Shown here: piece after piece, positions 45,728-59,477 of the stretch
Position numbering within the stretch: position 1 is the first letter of the stretch
How the letters are laid out: each line of letters starts with the position of its first letter
Assembly: GCA_964016885.1 (NCBI GenBank)
Contig: CAXHJY010001492.1
Location: forward strand, 1-64,000
Reading direction: 5' to 3'
Source: Eledone cirrhosa
Lineage: Eukaryota
Length of the DNA: 64,000 nt
The notes under the pieces: generated by a model
Told to the model about the DNA's origin: nothing
Databases searched by the model: none
What the model saw: only the letters and a program-made list of their open reading frames with translations
Position numbers and translations under genes: made by a program

Positions 45728-45925
45728 TATATATCAGAATTAAACCAGTATTAAACTAGCAAGACCATTTTTCAATAGAGTACACGATACTGGGGGCAGG
45801 GGCAGTAGAGTGTAGCTGTACTTGAAAAAGCCAGGGCCTGAGGACTGAACTCTTTCCATTTCGACAGCCAGTTTCAAATTCAAGTGAGGAACTAGTAGTC
45901 GAAACGGCAAGTGCTCAGCCGTTCA
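45725..45925 (-). mobile_element. Diverged family A-related copy with fold-back
   Basis: Minus strand reads ctggctgtcgaaatgg...gagttcag...gtgtactct. Plus arm reads ctagtagtcgaaacggcaagtgctcagccgtt. Confidence 0.6.
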
Positions 45926-46105
45926 TTTATACAAACATATATATACATATATACGAATACACATACATGCATCTACATCTGACATTATGCATGCATCTAC
46001 ATCTGACATTATATACCAGTGTGTTTAAACTCCTAGCCTTTTAAGTGGATAGGAACAAGCACACATGCCGGGTCGTATGGTGCAGAATTTGATGTACATA
46101 CATAC

Positions 46106-46169
<64 letters not shown>

Positions 46170-46496
46170 TACAGTGTCTTTAAAGGCAGGTTCAGCTTAG
46201 TATATAGAGATTTGGTGTGATATAGGCCTGTGTTAAACAGCATGAAATAAATGTCTTTTTCACCTGAAATGACTGATACCCGCAGCTTTTGACAGTAATA
46301 AACCTCTGACGGCAACACTAATTGTATGAGGCGAACACCAGTTCATCCAGTACACCGCGAATAGGTTAAACAGTTTGAACGAATTGCTGCGCGCGCAAAA
46401 AAAAACACACACACACACACACGCACACACACACACACATATATATACACACACACACACACACATATATACATTAACATTTATGTATAAATATAT

Positions 46497-46602
46497 AATT
46501 GTTTCTACTTTAGGCAAAAGGCCAGCAATTACCCAGTGTATTACTGATACTTTATTTTATCGACCCCGTAAGGATGAAAGGCAAAGTCAATCTCGGCGGG
46601 AT
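46497..46602 (-). mobile_element. SINE S1 3' half
   Basis: Close reverse complement of 44120-44225. Confidence 0.85.
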
Positions 46603-47589
46603 ATATAATGCATCTGAATGTAATTCATGTGGGAGCTACCCCCAGTAAAAGGAGAATACATGTGAAGAGTATAGTTTTGCTTTTAATGAAGGGGTGGGGT
46701 AAATGTACAATTCCCCACTCTCATCTCAGTGTATGTATATAACAGTGTGTGTGTGTGTGTGTGTGTGTTGGCGCAAATATTCGTAGACGTAACCGGCGTT
46801 GCCCGGTATGTCAAAGATACCAGATATTTCAACATCCATTTCAAAATATTTGGCGATTAGAATAGAATCTGTGTATTTTCTCTTTTTTGAAATTTGATGC
46901 AGTGTAGGTTACCGTAGAATTTTACTAATTTTGCAGTAAATTGTTTTTATGAATAAAGTTTTATCGACATGCAAAGATATTTGTGGATGTAACTGATAGC
47001 TGGTGTTGCAATTGATACCTCTAGTTCATATTTGAAATAAACCATCTCCATCTACTTCAATTCATTCTACCTCTCTCTCTCTCTCTCTCTCTCTCTTCCT
47101 CACTATCTCTCTATTTCTAAGTATTTCTTTCTCCTTTTCTCAAAACTTAAGTTTCAACATCTAAGGAAAGTTTGAGAATTAATACGCAATCGTCAGAATA
47201 AATCAGAATGAAGCTCTATATATTGTTTACGAAACCCAAATCAAATATAACTGTAGAAAGACAACAACTTTGTCCGATCGATTATTTACATTCCAATCTA
47301 GTATCTGGGACTACTACACATTCACAGAAACTCTAGCAAAGACACTAAACACTGATAAAAACAGAAAAACTTGCTATGAAGTAATACTGTAGGAATCATC
47401 ATCATCATCATCATATGTAATCCTAGAAAGGTTATCTCTTTGAAGGAGGAAAAGAAAAATTATGACACTAAGTGGAACGTGAAATTTAGCACTTCTGAAA
47501 AACATCACAAACTAAGAAGAATACATAAGGATTTCTGCAAAAGGTTTTGGCACATACAGCGTTGTATACACCTATATATATTCATACAA

Positions 47590-47624
<35 letters not shown>

Positions 47625-47753
47625 GTTCTATCCTACGGCGTAGGTAGGAACTTTGAGTAGTCTACTTTTGATAGACATGTTTACGTATGTCGATTCGGTT
47701 TCTTGTCGATGGTTATGTTTATATTATTGCTGTGACCTACTTACGCGCTGCAA

Positions 47754-47789
<36 letters not shown>

Positions 47790-47843
47790 CGCATAGATTC
47801 GTGTGTATATCTATATCCTTTGTCTAAATTTAGCTGTCAGTTC

Positions 47844-47909
<66 letters not shown>

Positions 47910-47965
47910 GCGAAAAATTTCCTTTCGAAAATGTTATATAGAAAAACAAACACACATACACAAAC

Positions 47966-48067
47966 GTATGTGTGTCGTCTGCATATGTATGTGTGTCGTC
48001 TGCATATGTATGTGTGTCGTCTGCATATGTATGTGTGTCGTCTGCATATGTATGTGTGTCGTCTGCA

Positions 48068-48070
<3 letters not shown>
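47966..48070. repeat. 21 bp minisatellite (GTATGTGTGTCGTCTGCATAT) x5
   Basis: Directly visible. Confidence 0.95.
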
Positions 48071-48103
<33 letters not shown>

Positions 48104-48522
48104 TGTATGTATGTATGTATGTATGTATGTATGTATGTATGTATGTATGTATGTGTGTATGTATATTTATATCTATAAGTATATATCTATTAATAGTATT
48201 CATAGCCGTAATATATATTGCACAATCTTAGATTTCAAGATTTAGGTTTAGCCAGAATTGCAGTCTTTAGTGGTGGCCATGCCTAGGTCTGAAACCCTAA
48301 AATACTGTAATGCTTTTCTTATATACATGAATATTTTTAAATAATTCTATACACACATTTATATACAAATGTACAGACAAACTATATATCTATATATATA
48401 TATATATATTCATATATATAATGGTACCACCAACAGTACATTTTTGAGTCGTCCAATCTTTCGAGATCAGTGGTGAAGCTGTTATTTACATGACCAAATG
48501 ACACTATAATCGTTGTATATAT

Positions 48523-48562
<40 letters not shown>

Positions 48563-48565
<3 letters not shown>

Positions 48566-48671
48566 TTGTATATATATCTGAAGATTTCTCAATTATTCTG
48601 TATTCTCATATATATATATATATATATATGAGAATACAGAATAATTGAGAAATCTTCAGATATATATACAA

Positions 48672-48674
<3 letters not shown>
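48563..48674. repeat. Perfect palindrome: 46 bp arms around (TA)n
   Basis: 48563-48608 is the exact reverse complement of 48629-48674. Confidence 0.95.
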
Positions 48675-48706
<32 letters not shown>

Positions 48707-49025
48707 CACACATTTATGGACCTATATGAAGATGCGATATGTATGTATGTATGCGGACATTTATATACATATCTTTTCTGTGTGTATGTCTATAGCATTT
48801 CTACATACGCATGTAATTTTACATATATATATTTATATATATGTATATATGAATATACAATGCAGACACACACATTTATTATTATTATTATTGCTATTAT
48901 TATTATCTGTTGATGGTAAATTCCTATATAAATAAATATTCTCATAAAGTATCCGTTAATACATTTGCCTATTTATGTCTATTCATCAGCGTGTATTAGC
49001 AGGGGAGCGATGTGTGTGTGTGTGA

Positions 49026-49095
<70 letters not shown>

Positions 49096-49265
49096 CCAGA
49101 GAAAGTGTAGAAAAGAGAGAGCTATATAAGTATAAATGTGTGTATGTATGTTATTGATGAGAGGCAGACAGCTATATAAGTATATCTATACATACATATA
49201 TGTGTGTGTGCGTGTGTGTATGAGTAGATAGACCACTCTCTCTTCCCCCTCTCTCTTCATGTATC

Positions 49266-49320
<55 letters not shown>

Positions 49321-50034
49321 GTGTGTGATTGTGTGTATATATATATGCTTATATGTATATATGTGTGTTTATGTCTGAAAGTGTGTATATATGTATATAC
49401 GTGTGTGTGTGTTTGTTTGAGCGGAATAACTGCTCATATTATCTAAATGTATATAAGTATTAGGAATCTCTCATCTCTAATTAATGCTCATTCAACAGGA
49501 TAAGAAGAAGAATCAGTCTGTAAGAGAAGAAGACATTTTCGTTGCTATTTACACAACAATACGTGCAGCCAGTTTCTCTACCTTTACTCAACATTTTTGC
49601 ATTTCTTTAAAACACTGACACTAATTGATAAAAAAAAAAACTATACATACATACTGACACACACACACACATTCATGTATGTGTGTGTGTATGTAGAAAG
49701 AGAAGATTGACATACAGGCATATATATATATACCCAAGAATATACATTAGCCATTTCGTTGATGTCTTTGCGAATTCCTGATTCTCTAGGCTACCGAAAT
49801 ATCTAGGAAAATGACTAAGTACAACAATGATTTGTAGTTTTCATTTGTAAAAAGGTATAATCAGTGTCTAACAGATGCTGTATTTCTCGTATCAGCACGA
49901 TATATTATGTCGTACGGTTGATCTCTGATGTAATGTTATATACAAGCTGTTAATATAACATACATAATTTATCATATTTAATAATCTCTCATGTTTGAAA
50001 ATATAAGGTTTTATACTTATATTTTCAAACATGA

Positions 50035-50635
50035 GAGGCCAGAAATTTGAAAGGAAGGGGGAAATTCAATAAAATCGACCCAGCACGTTTCTGGTACTTT
50101 GTTATCGACCTCTGAGTATGAAAGGCGAAGCTAACCGATATGTACTTTCTAAGGAACCAAGATGACTAATGTAGAAAAATCGTTAGAATTTTGGTGTTAT
50201 TGGGTGCTCGTCAGTGGAGATGTGCGCCGTTGGATTGGTGTCTCTGTGTCTAAATTAGAAGCAGTTATTAATGTCGGTAGTTCGGCAGAAATTTTAGACT
50301 GAAATGCATTATGGGATTGATGCAGACACTTTAAGTTGTGAAGGTGTATCTTGTCAAGAGTAACTCCGCCTAACCTCCTCCTGGGGTCGATGAAATATTT
50401 AACCAGTAAATTACTGGGGCTCAATAACATTTACTTTCCTCAGCTCTGAATATTATAAGCCTTCTGCCTGAAAGTAGACACCATAAAGGGGGTCGATATA
50501 ATAAGCTTTCTCCTACATCAGCATTGCTGGCATAGTGCCAATGTTACCAAGAATTGCTATTTAAAGTACCAGTAATGCACTGGGTGATTGCTGGCCTTGT
50601 GCCAAAAGTAGAAACATTATTATTATTATTATCAT
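50035..50635. mobile_element. Cluster of SINE S1 fragments in both orientations
   Basis: 50035-50140 minus, 50365-50480 plus and 50562-50632 plus match the S1 3' parts. Confidence 0.7.
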
Positions 50636-50962
50636 CATCTAATGTTGCCCATTTACAAAACTATGGTGAAATGTTTAAGATTACATACCCCCCCCCCCCC
50701 CCCCCCACATATATATATATACATATATATATAGGTAAGTAAAAGAATGTGCACCAGTGTGTGAATGTACACACACATTATATATATAATCATATAGATA
50801 TATCATTATATATGTATATATAATCATATAGATATATCATTATATATGTATATATAATCATATAGATATATCATTATATATATCTATATATCTCTATGTA
50901 TTTAACTTGATAGTATATATATCTATCCTCAGATTTTTATGTAGGTGTGTGTATGTATATGA

Positions 50963-51210
50963 GTGTGTGTGTGTGTGCTAGTGTTTCATTAGTGTGTGTG
51001 TGTGTATGCTAGTGTTTCATTAGTGTGTGTGTGTATGCTAGTGTTTCATTAGTGTGTGTGTGTGTGTATGCTAGTGTTTCATTAGTGTGTGTGTGTATGC
51101 TAGTGTTTCATTAGTGTGTGTGTGTGTGTGTATGCTAGTGTTTCATTAGTGTGTGTGTGTATGCTAGTGTTTCATTAGTGTGTGTGTGTGTGCGGTAGTG
51201 TTTCATCACT
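50963..51210. repeat. Minisatellite (GT)n-ATGCTAGTGTTTCATTA, about 8 units
   Basis: Directly visible. Confidence 0.95.
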
Positions 51211-51475
51211 GTGTGTGTGTATGTGTGTGTTTATAAACATCTTCTTCTTTACGTGATATCTGACAGGAAATGATACAGTGTGTCAATATGAAAGAAAAAT
51301 ATTTATATAATGAGGTTATTGACCTAACCACTTGCCAGTAGACAATACTTGCAAGGAAGTGATGACTAGGAATAGAGACAGACAGATAAACAAATATAAT
51401 GAGGCTGAGAGGGGGGGGGGGTAAGGTAGATGGAAGATAGATAGAGAGAGAGGGGGCAAGTAAGGTAGATGGAAG

Positions 51476-51558
<83 letters not shown>

Positions 51559-51685
51559 GAGAGTGTGTGAGAGGGGGAGAGAGAGAGACAAAAAAAATAA
51601 TCGGTGTAAGTTTCTTAGATAATCATGTAATTACACGTATATAAGCTTACGAAAACCAACAAACAAGCACAGTACATAAATACGT

Positions 51686-51717
<32 letters not shown>

Positions 51718-51892
51718 GTGTGTATATATATATGTATATATATATATATTGGTAGGGTCATGCTGCAAATAAAAACACAGGCACCACTGATATTTCACTT
51801 CAGTATATTATTAATTGAATAACTAATCCTTTCAATGGTTAGTTAATCGCTAATTATTGATAATTATCAAAGCTCTTTCGTCACACACCCTG

Positions 51893-51982
51893 TGCCTTTC
51901 ATCCTCACATGTTCGATACGGTAAAGTACCAGTAATGTACTGAGGTAATTGCTGGCCTTGTGCCAAAATTAGAAACAACTAT
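51893..51982 (+). mobile_element. SINE S1 3' half
   Basis: gcctttcatcc...aaagtaccagtaatgtactg...ggccttgtgccaaa. Confidence 0.8.
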
Positions 51983-52360
51983 TCAGAGCAAATCTGATGA
52001 TTCTGTTGATGGTTTAAAGAAAGGGTGTAGCTGTGAATGTATGATGTAAGACGGTTGGGCGCAACCTTGTTACGACTTAGCATGAAACAGGAGAGTGACA
52101 AATGAAAACAATACCGAAACGTCGTAGGAAACGTTATTATCTCCTTATGTTTGTGGAGAACTGTATAACCACCATGTGGCTTCTAATGTTTATCTTTCTA
52201 GTAGATCACCCCACCACCATCTCGCTTTCTCTTGGTTTTTCTCGACATCTTTTTCACTATTTATATATATACATATATACATACACACATTCATACACAT
52301 ATATATATATATACATACACGCATTCATACACATATATATATATATACATACACACATTT

Positions 52361-52431
<71 letters not shown>

Positions 52432-52449
52432 CATATATATATATACACA

Positions 52450-53054
52450 TGGTGGCTGCCAACTCGTTTTTGAGAACGGCCACTACATTATATCCATGTA
52501 GGAGAACCCCTACCGATGTGCTGAACGAGTGTGACTTTTTAGTCCAGCCAGCGACTTGAAAACTCTGGTACAAACACTATACTTGTGACAATTATACACA
52601 TAGTGCTGGGCTCTTTGCACTTGTCGTCACATGGTACCGAGAGATCTCGTATAAAGCAATGCCTGTGCCGTGAAGCTTTTATAGTGAGCAAAGGCACTGC
52701 ACGAAGCCAGTCCCATTCTCTTAACCAAGATGATATTTACCAAAAAGAAGAACAAGTCAACATCATTGGATACCATCAGGGTTGCAGGTCTTATATCAGA
52801 GTTTTCCTTCTCCTAGAATTCTGTTCTTGACAAAGGCTAAGGGGTCATCTCTCCCGGTGATTTTGGATGGCCATTGACTCTTAAGAGTTCCTTTGTCCTT
52901 TGACAGGTTTTGTTTTTAGTCCTACAGGATGTCCAAAGTCACACTCCTCACCAAGAAACCTTGGTGGGGTTGCCAGTTTAGTCGCCAACGACCCGACCAT
53001 GGGACAGGTTGTACTGGAATACATGTTACCAGTAGCACCAACTGGTGACCTGAC
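52450..53054 (-). mobile_element. Family D longest copy, with a structured 5' end abutting (TA)n
   Basis: Minus strand aacctgtcccatggtcgggtcgttggcgactaaac...ccccaccaaggtttcttggtgaggag...gagtcaatggccatcc aligns with 33530-33680. Confidence 0.7.
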
Positions 53055-53062
53055 ATATATAT

Positions 53063-53138
<76 letters not shown>

Positions 53139-53158
53139 GTGTTTGTGTCTATATATAT

Positions 53159-53218
<60 letters not shown>

Positions 53219-53575
53219 TTGTGTCTATATTGTATCTGTATTATTTTTGACCGTCGGTCAGTCAATGGCAACGTTGAAGACCGAGTATATTATATTATAT
53301 TAGATTACCGATATAAAAGACACAGAAGCGAAAAGCGAAAACCAAACAGACAATGAGTGTGTTCTGTTATTAATTCTGGCAATATTACACAAATATGACC
53401 CTCCCCAAGTATAACAACATATATATACAAAAATATATATATACATATATATATATACATACATATATATATACATATATATATATATATACATACATAT
53501 ATATATATACATATATATATAAAAATATATATATATATGTATATATATATGTATATATATATGTATATATATATG

Positions 53576-53606
<31 letters not shown>

Positions 53607-54372
53607 GTATATATATATATGTATATATATACATATATATATATACATATATATATACATATACATATATACATATACATATATACATATACATATATAT
53701 ATACATATATATATATATATACATATATACATATATACATATATATATACATATAGATATACATATATACATACATATATACATATATACATACATATAT
53801 ATACATATATACATATATACATATATACATATATATATATACATATATATATACATATATATATACATATGTGCCCCTGTGGCTAATAAAGAAACATCTA
53901 TCTATCTATCTATCTATTTATCTATCTATCTATCTGTTTGTCTATCTATCTATCTGTCTATCTATCTATATTTCTCGCTATCTTTTTCTTCAAGCCACTT
54001 TTCTTTGTCGTTCAGTTTCCTTTACTTTATTTTGTTTTTTGTATTGTTTAATCAGTGTTTTGTTGTATTTTTTCTATGGTTAATTCCGCCACGACCTGTT
54101 ATGTTTCACTTAACTTACAAAGACATTTCCCAATTTCTCTCTGACCTCTCACCCTTTTCATGCTATCTTTTATGAAATAAAACAACATATTTAATATTTC
54201 TTGATAATATCTTATTTATATGACATTATATAATGGATTATTCTTTTCAGTTTTGCTTAGATTTTTAGTAGAACATATTTTATAAGATCTAGGTGAAAGG
54301 AATAGAGTGCACTGTGAAGTTTCGAGAACTCAATGTTGGGAGGAAAATATTTTGGGTCCATAAGTGTTTAGT

Positions 54373-54600
54373 GGAGGTGTGTGGTCTAGTGGTAAGGGTG
54401 TTGGACTTACGACCATAATGTTGAGGGTTCGTATCCTGGACTGGGTTGTTTGTTGTGTTTTTGAGCAAAATATTTCATTTCACGCTGCTCCCAGTCTATT
54501 CAGCTGAAAATGAGTACCAATAATAGCTTTAAACGTTCGATGGACTGTCGCCCAGTCCAGGGGAGAGTCTTGATCTCTGTCGCATAACCGGGATAAGTCT
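54373..54600 (+). mobile_element. tRNA-derived SINE (family S2) with V-domain-like segment
   Basis: A-box tggtctagtggt and B-box ggttcgtatcc, then gatggactgtcgcccagtccagggg. Confidence 0.8.
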
Positions 54601-54880
54601 AAAGCTCGAGACATACTTTAGACATACGAAGAACTTTGTACAGCGGAACACAACTGGTTTTGGGTCCTTGGGGGGAACACTGGGAAATTCTCCCAAAATT
54701 GAAAGTCACTGAGGGCGTGTGTGTGTGTGTGTGTGTTGAGGAGAATATTATCTCTTTCTTGGCTCTCTTGTTAAGAAAGATACGAAGGTTCGGTTTCTCG
54801 TACCAGTCGCTGCTCCCAAAGGAAAATAAATGAATCTTTCAAAATATCGAACGTCAATCCATCAGAAGAAAAAGGAGGTT

Positions 54881-54958
<78 letters not shown>

Positions 54959-55107
54959 GGTGTGTGGGGTGGGTAAGTACTTATCCAACTTTCCTACTAA
55001 TATCACACATTAAAAGTAGAAATATCATTCTCTCTCCATTCAAATGAATTGATTTCTTTGTTTTATATATTGTATGACTTGTCTACCCGATCTCTGAATT
55101 AAGAGAA

Positions 55108-55153
<46 letters not shown>

Positions 55154-55420
55154 TATATATATATACACACCAGTGTTAAAACAACTATAAAAACGTTGAA
55201 AATATTTGACATGATATGCTGCACTGGTGAATCAAGTGAGTAAAGTTGCTGTAGCAGCCAGAATAGTTTACTGATAAGCTATCAGGAAGTTGCTACTATA
55301 TTTATTATGCTTCAGTTTTTCATGTCTCTCGCTGATTCTTATCTCATCTCCTTGTTTATTCATCATTGATTTCATTGCTGTCATTTTATTTTAGTTTTAC
55401 TTTGGTGGGCATTTGGCGTT

Positions 55421-56095
55421 TTAATAATAGTTGTTTTAACTTTTGGCACAAGGCCAGCAAATACCCAGTACATTACTGGTACTTTATTTTATCGACCCCG
55501 TAAGGATGAAAGGCAAAGTTAACCTCGGCGGGATTTGATTTGAACTCAGACCGTAAAGGAACGTACTTATGCTGGAAAGCATGGTGTCCGACCCTCTACC
55601 GATACTGCCAATCCATTGCCCTGGCGTTTTAATAATAGTGATAATAATGATTTTAATAATAATGGTTTCTGATTTAGGCACAAGGATACGTTTTCTTTTT
55701 TTTTGGGGGGGGGGGGTGAATAAATCGACCCCCAGCGTGTGACGGGTACTTTATTTTATCAAGCCCTTAAGATGAATTGCAAAGCTAATCTTGGTGGGAT
55801 TTGAACTAATACTTTCTGATTTAGGCACAAAGCATACAATTGTCTGTTTTTTGGTGTGGGGGAGAGAAAAGTCGATTAAATCGACTTCTGTAAGGATGAA
55901 AGGCAAAGCTAACTTCGACATGATTTGAACTCAGAACGTAAAGCATGTTGTCCGACGCTCTACTAATAATGCCAACCATACCCAACCATACCCAACCCTA
56001 AAGTGGTTTCTAATTTAGGCACAAGGCCAACAATTTGTAGGTATATATATAGGAAAGTGGATTATATTGACCTTAGTACATTACTCGGGAAAAAC
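55421..56095 (-). mobile_element. Tandem cluster of about 4 SINE S1 copies, same orientation
   Basis: Units at about 55421-55622, 55657-55806, 55813-55975 and 56005-56095, each with tt[at]ggcacaa. Confidence 0.85.
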
Positions 56096-56838
56096 ATGAA
56101 TGGTAAATTTGCTGTCGATGAGATGTGAACTCACAGCGCAGAGTCGGAAAAAATAACTGTTGGAGAAAAACGAAGACAAAAAAAAAAAAAAAACCCCAGA
56201 AATTATATGTAAGCTGTCACATGAATTAGTGAGAGGTGGAATACTAGAGAGACTTTCATCATCTATATTAATGTTATGTTCACAAGTGATCATAGGATGA
56301 TCAGAGACGAAAGCTGTCGTTGCTGAGATGAACTAAATGACAGTAGGGTGAAAAAAATTACGACAAAAACCAACAGAAAACCTCAGTTTCCTGTGGTCTT
56401 TGCATGAGGACATTAATCAGAACATGAATGTGGTATGATTTTATGTCTTATTTTATCTGATTCTGGGCGTTGTAATATCGAATTACAGACACAGTTAGAG
56501 AAGTTAGATGGCTAAAGCAACAACAGCAACAACAGCAGCAACAACAGCAACAACAACAACACGAACACATCATAAGGTGACAATTTAAAAACGCTGATCA
56601 CATCATTAGATTTCATAGGTACGGATAAAGGAAAAAAAAAAAGACCAAAGGTAAAAAAATTACTAAAAGCTCTACAAGTAAGCCCAATCAGTGAAGTAGC
56701 TGCTATTGATTTAATAATAAAATTGATGGCTGACAAATATATATATATATAATATATCTCTATATATATATTATATACATGTGAGTATGTATAATTTATA
56801 TATACCTATATATATAAGAACATATATGTGTATGTATC

Positions 56839-56905
<67 letters not shown>

Positions 56906-56927
56906 GGATATACGATACAAAGCAAAC

Positions 56928-56991
<64 letters not shown>

Positions 56992-56994
56992 GCT

Positions 56995-57110
56995 GACTAT
57001 TAATGCTGCTCAGCTTAAACAGCTGGAGGTCTGATAGAGTGGTAAGAAGTCGAGACCATTGTGATCTCCACTTGACAACAGATGAAGGGAATATCCCACA
57101 GTGAAAGCTA
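56995..57110 (-). pseudogene. Possible CR1/Jockey LINE C-terminal remnant
   Basis: [10 protein letters not shown]...SDLQLFK resembles the SFFPR..W.....DL..FK terminus. Confidence 0.4.
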
Positions 57111-57696
57111 TAAGTAAAATGTAATACGATATAATATAATATAATATAATATAATATAATATATGTGACTGTGTGTGTATGAGTGTGTGTGGGTATACAA
57201 AGAGGAGAGATGTAATATGACATTGTGTGCGTGTGTGTGTGTTTACACAGAGGTGTGATATAATATATATGTGGTATTGTGTGTGTAGAGGAAATACTGA
57301 ATAGATATATGAGAGATTAGAACTTCGATCGAAGCTGATGATTCAGTCTGTTGCTAATCAAAGACTTTCGCTATATGTGATCGATAAAAGTGTGAAAGAT
57401 CGATATATAAAGATATACAATATAAATATATACCATATATATATACCATATATATATATATATATATATATGCGTGTGTATGTGTATATATATATGTGTA
57501 TACATGAGTATGGTTGTGTGTATTACCAATTGACAAAACAGTTAATATATCGACAGTATGTGAGGTGGGTGATGAGAGAGATTTCAAAAAGATTAGGAAC
57601 GTATTGAGTTCGACATTCAGTACACCAATATTTAACTTACAACACTATGTGTGAGTCTGTGTGTAGCTTTTATATATATAACTAAATATATATAAC

Positions 57697-57750
<54 letters not shown>

Positions 57751-57851
57751 CGAGGAAGTGAAATAACTTGATACACTAATGAGATATATTGTGATACGGT
57801 ATATGCATACATATAAATATATATGTGTGGAAAGAGAGATGGAGAGAGGGG

Positions 57852-57895
<44 letters not shown>

Positions 57896-58009
57896 TGTGT
57901 GTGTAGACTAATTGTACTGCTTAGTTATGATAAAATGTTTTCATTAATACCACCTGCAGTGTTTCAAGTGCCATATATCGCAATTTATGTCCGATTGTAT
58001 GTATGTATA

Positions 58010-58103
58010 CAGGCTGCCCCCCCCCCCCCCCCCAAAAAAAAATGCATACACGCTTCAACAGCATTCTACTCAAGTTGTGTATACATTTTTTCGGGACACT
58101 CTG
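58010..58103. mobile_element. Tc1/mariner-type MITE, same family as 17116
   Basis: TA-caggctgccc...aatgcatacac / gtgtatacatttttcgggacactctg. Internal cttcaacag.attcta is shared with the 17116 copy. Confidence 0.65.
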
Positions 58104-58162
58104 TGTATTTTCTTATGAAAATATTTCATAAGAAAAGAAATGTTGGGACTACGATAATCAAA

Positions 58163-58372
58163 TTGGCGTATATATACATTGGCGTATGTATACATTGGCG
58201 TATATATACAGTGGCGTATATATACAGTGGCATATATATACAGTGGCGTATATATATACAGTGGCGTATATATATACAGTGGCGTATATATACATTGGCG
58301 TATATATACATTGGCGTATATATAAATTGGCGTATATATACAATGGCGTATATATACAGTGGCGTATATATA
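58163..58372. repeat. 16-18 bp minisatellite (TGGCGTATATATACA[G/T])n
   Basis: About 13 units visible. Confidence 0.95.
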
Positions 58373-58418
58373 CAAATTTATATGTGCTATGCATGACTAT
58401 CTTCATCACCGACATTTC

Positions 58419-58458
<40 letters not shown>

Positions 58459-58570
58459 ATCCCGCCGAGGTTAACTTTGTCTTTCATCCTTACGGGGTGG
58501 ATAAAATAAAGTACCAGTAATACACTGGGATAATTGCTGGCCTTGTGCCAAAAGTAGAAATAATTATTTA
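58459..58570 (+). mobile_element. SINE S1 3' half
   Basis: Close match to 44119-44228. Confidence 0.85.
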
Positions 58571-58574
58571 ATAT

Positions 58575-58745
58575 TGTCTGATGATGGAATGTCTGATAAT
58601 GTCATACGAATGAAACATTTCTAGTACTGTAGGAGCTATTTCTACATTAAATAATCATGCTTACACTCTCTGTACTAATATATTGAGTACCTTTGTAAAA
58701 CTCTGGTTAACCCCACACCCGATTTACTTGGGTTGTCCATACATT
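58575..58745 (+). mobile_element. Family C copy: degenerate hammerhead plus tail
   Basis: ctgataa-tgtcatacgaat-gaaa-catttctagtactg-ta-ggagc...tactaatatattgagtacctt aligns with 29648-29745. Confidence 0.7.
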
Positions 58746-58864
58746 ATATATATATATTGAGGGCGGCCGACAGAGGTAGAAGCTGCTAAATGGTCGGTCG
58801 TCCTCTTGTCTCTGATTTTCAGCCCCATGGATTTTATCTGTTATATTCCTTTGTTATATTTTGA

Positions 58865-58922
58865 ATACCTGATAATGTCACCGGATTCACACTGAACCCG
58901 GTCATTGAAATGATCATAGTAT
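58865..58922 (+). ncRNA. Hammerhead-like motif with palindromic stem III (AUGAUCAU) and core CUGAUAA
   Basis: ATAC-CTGATAA-[TGTCACCGG...CCGGTCATT]-GAAA-TGATCA-TA-GTAT, then AATAAA. Confidence 0.65.
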
Positions 58923-59477
58923 AATAAACCTTTCAAGGATTTACACCAGTCCAACCTCCTGTTATTTTATAATAAATATATATATATATTTATAGGAGAG
59001 AGTGCGCATGTATGTGTGTGTGCTCGCGTGTCTATATGTGTACACATACGACCAACACTTGTATATTTGAATACAAATACAATCGTGTATGTGTGTGTGT
59101 GTGTTCACCCACACACGCGTTCACACCTGTATGTATGTGTGTGTATATGTGATACATACACACCATTATGTAGGTATTGGCTGTTTCCGGCAACACCTAA
59201 TATCTACATACCAACTGACATCTGTTAGTATGTTGGTGAACAGTTGAAGAGTTCTTTATCTAAGTTAATGAGTTCTTCAGTTCTCTGTGTTGGCCACGGC
59301 CTCGCTGTGAACAACCCACGTGTCAGGTTCTCAGGAAAGATTTGGTAGTTTCAATGGCTTATTTTTTTTTTATGTATTCTGTTATTTTCCAAATGGATTG
59401 CATTGTTGATTATTTTTGCCCAACTTAACTTCTTGTCTTTTTTTAGCGTGGTGGGGTACTATCACCCTCATCTATTG

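Noticed and set aside
54373-54445. tRNA gene
   Set aside because: A and B boxes are present but there is no acceptor stem, and it continues into a SINE body.
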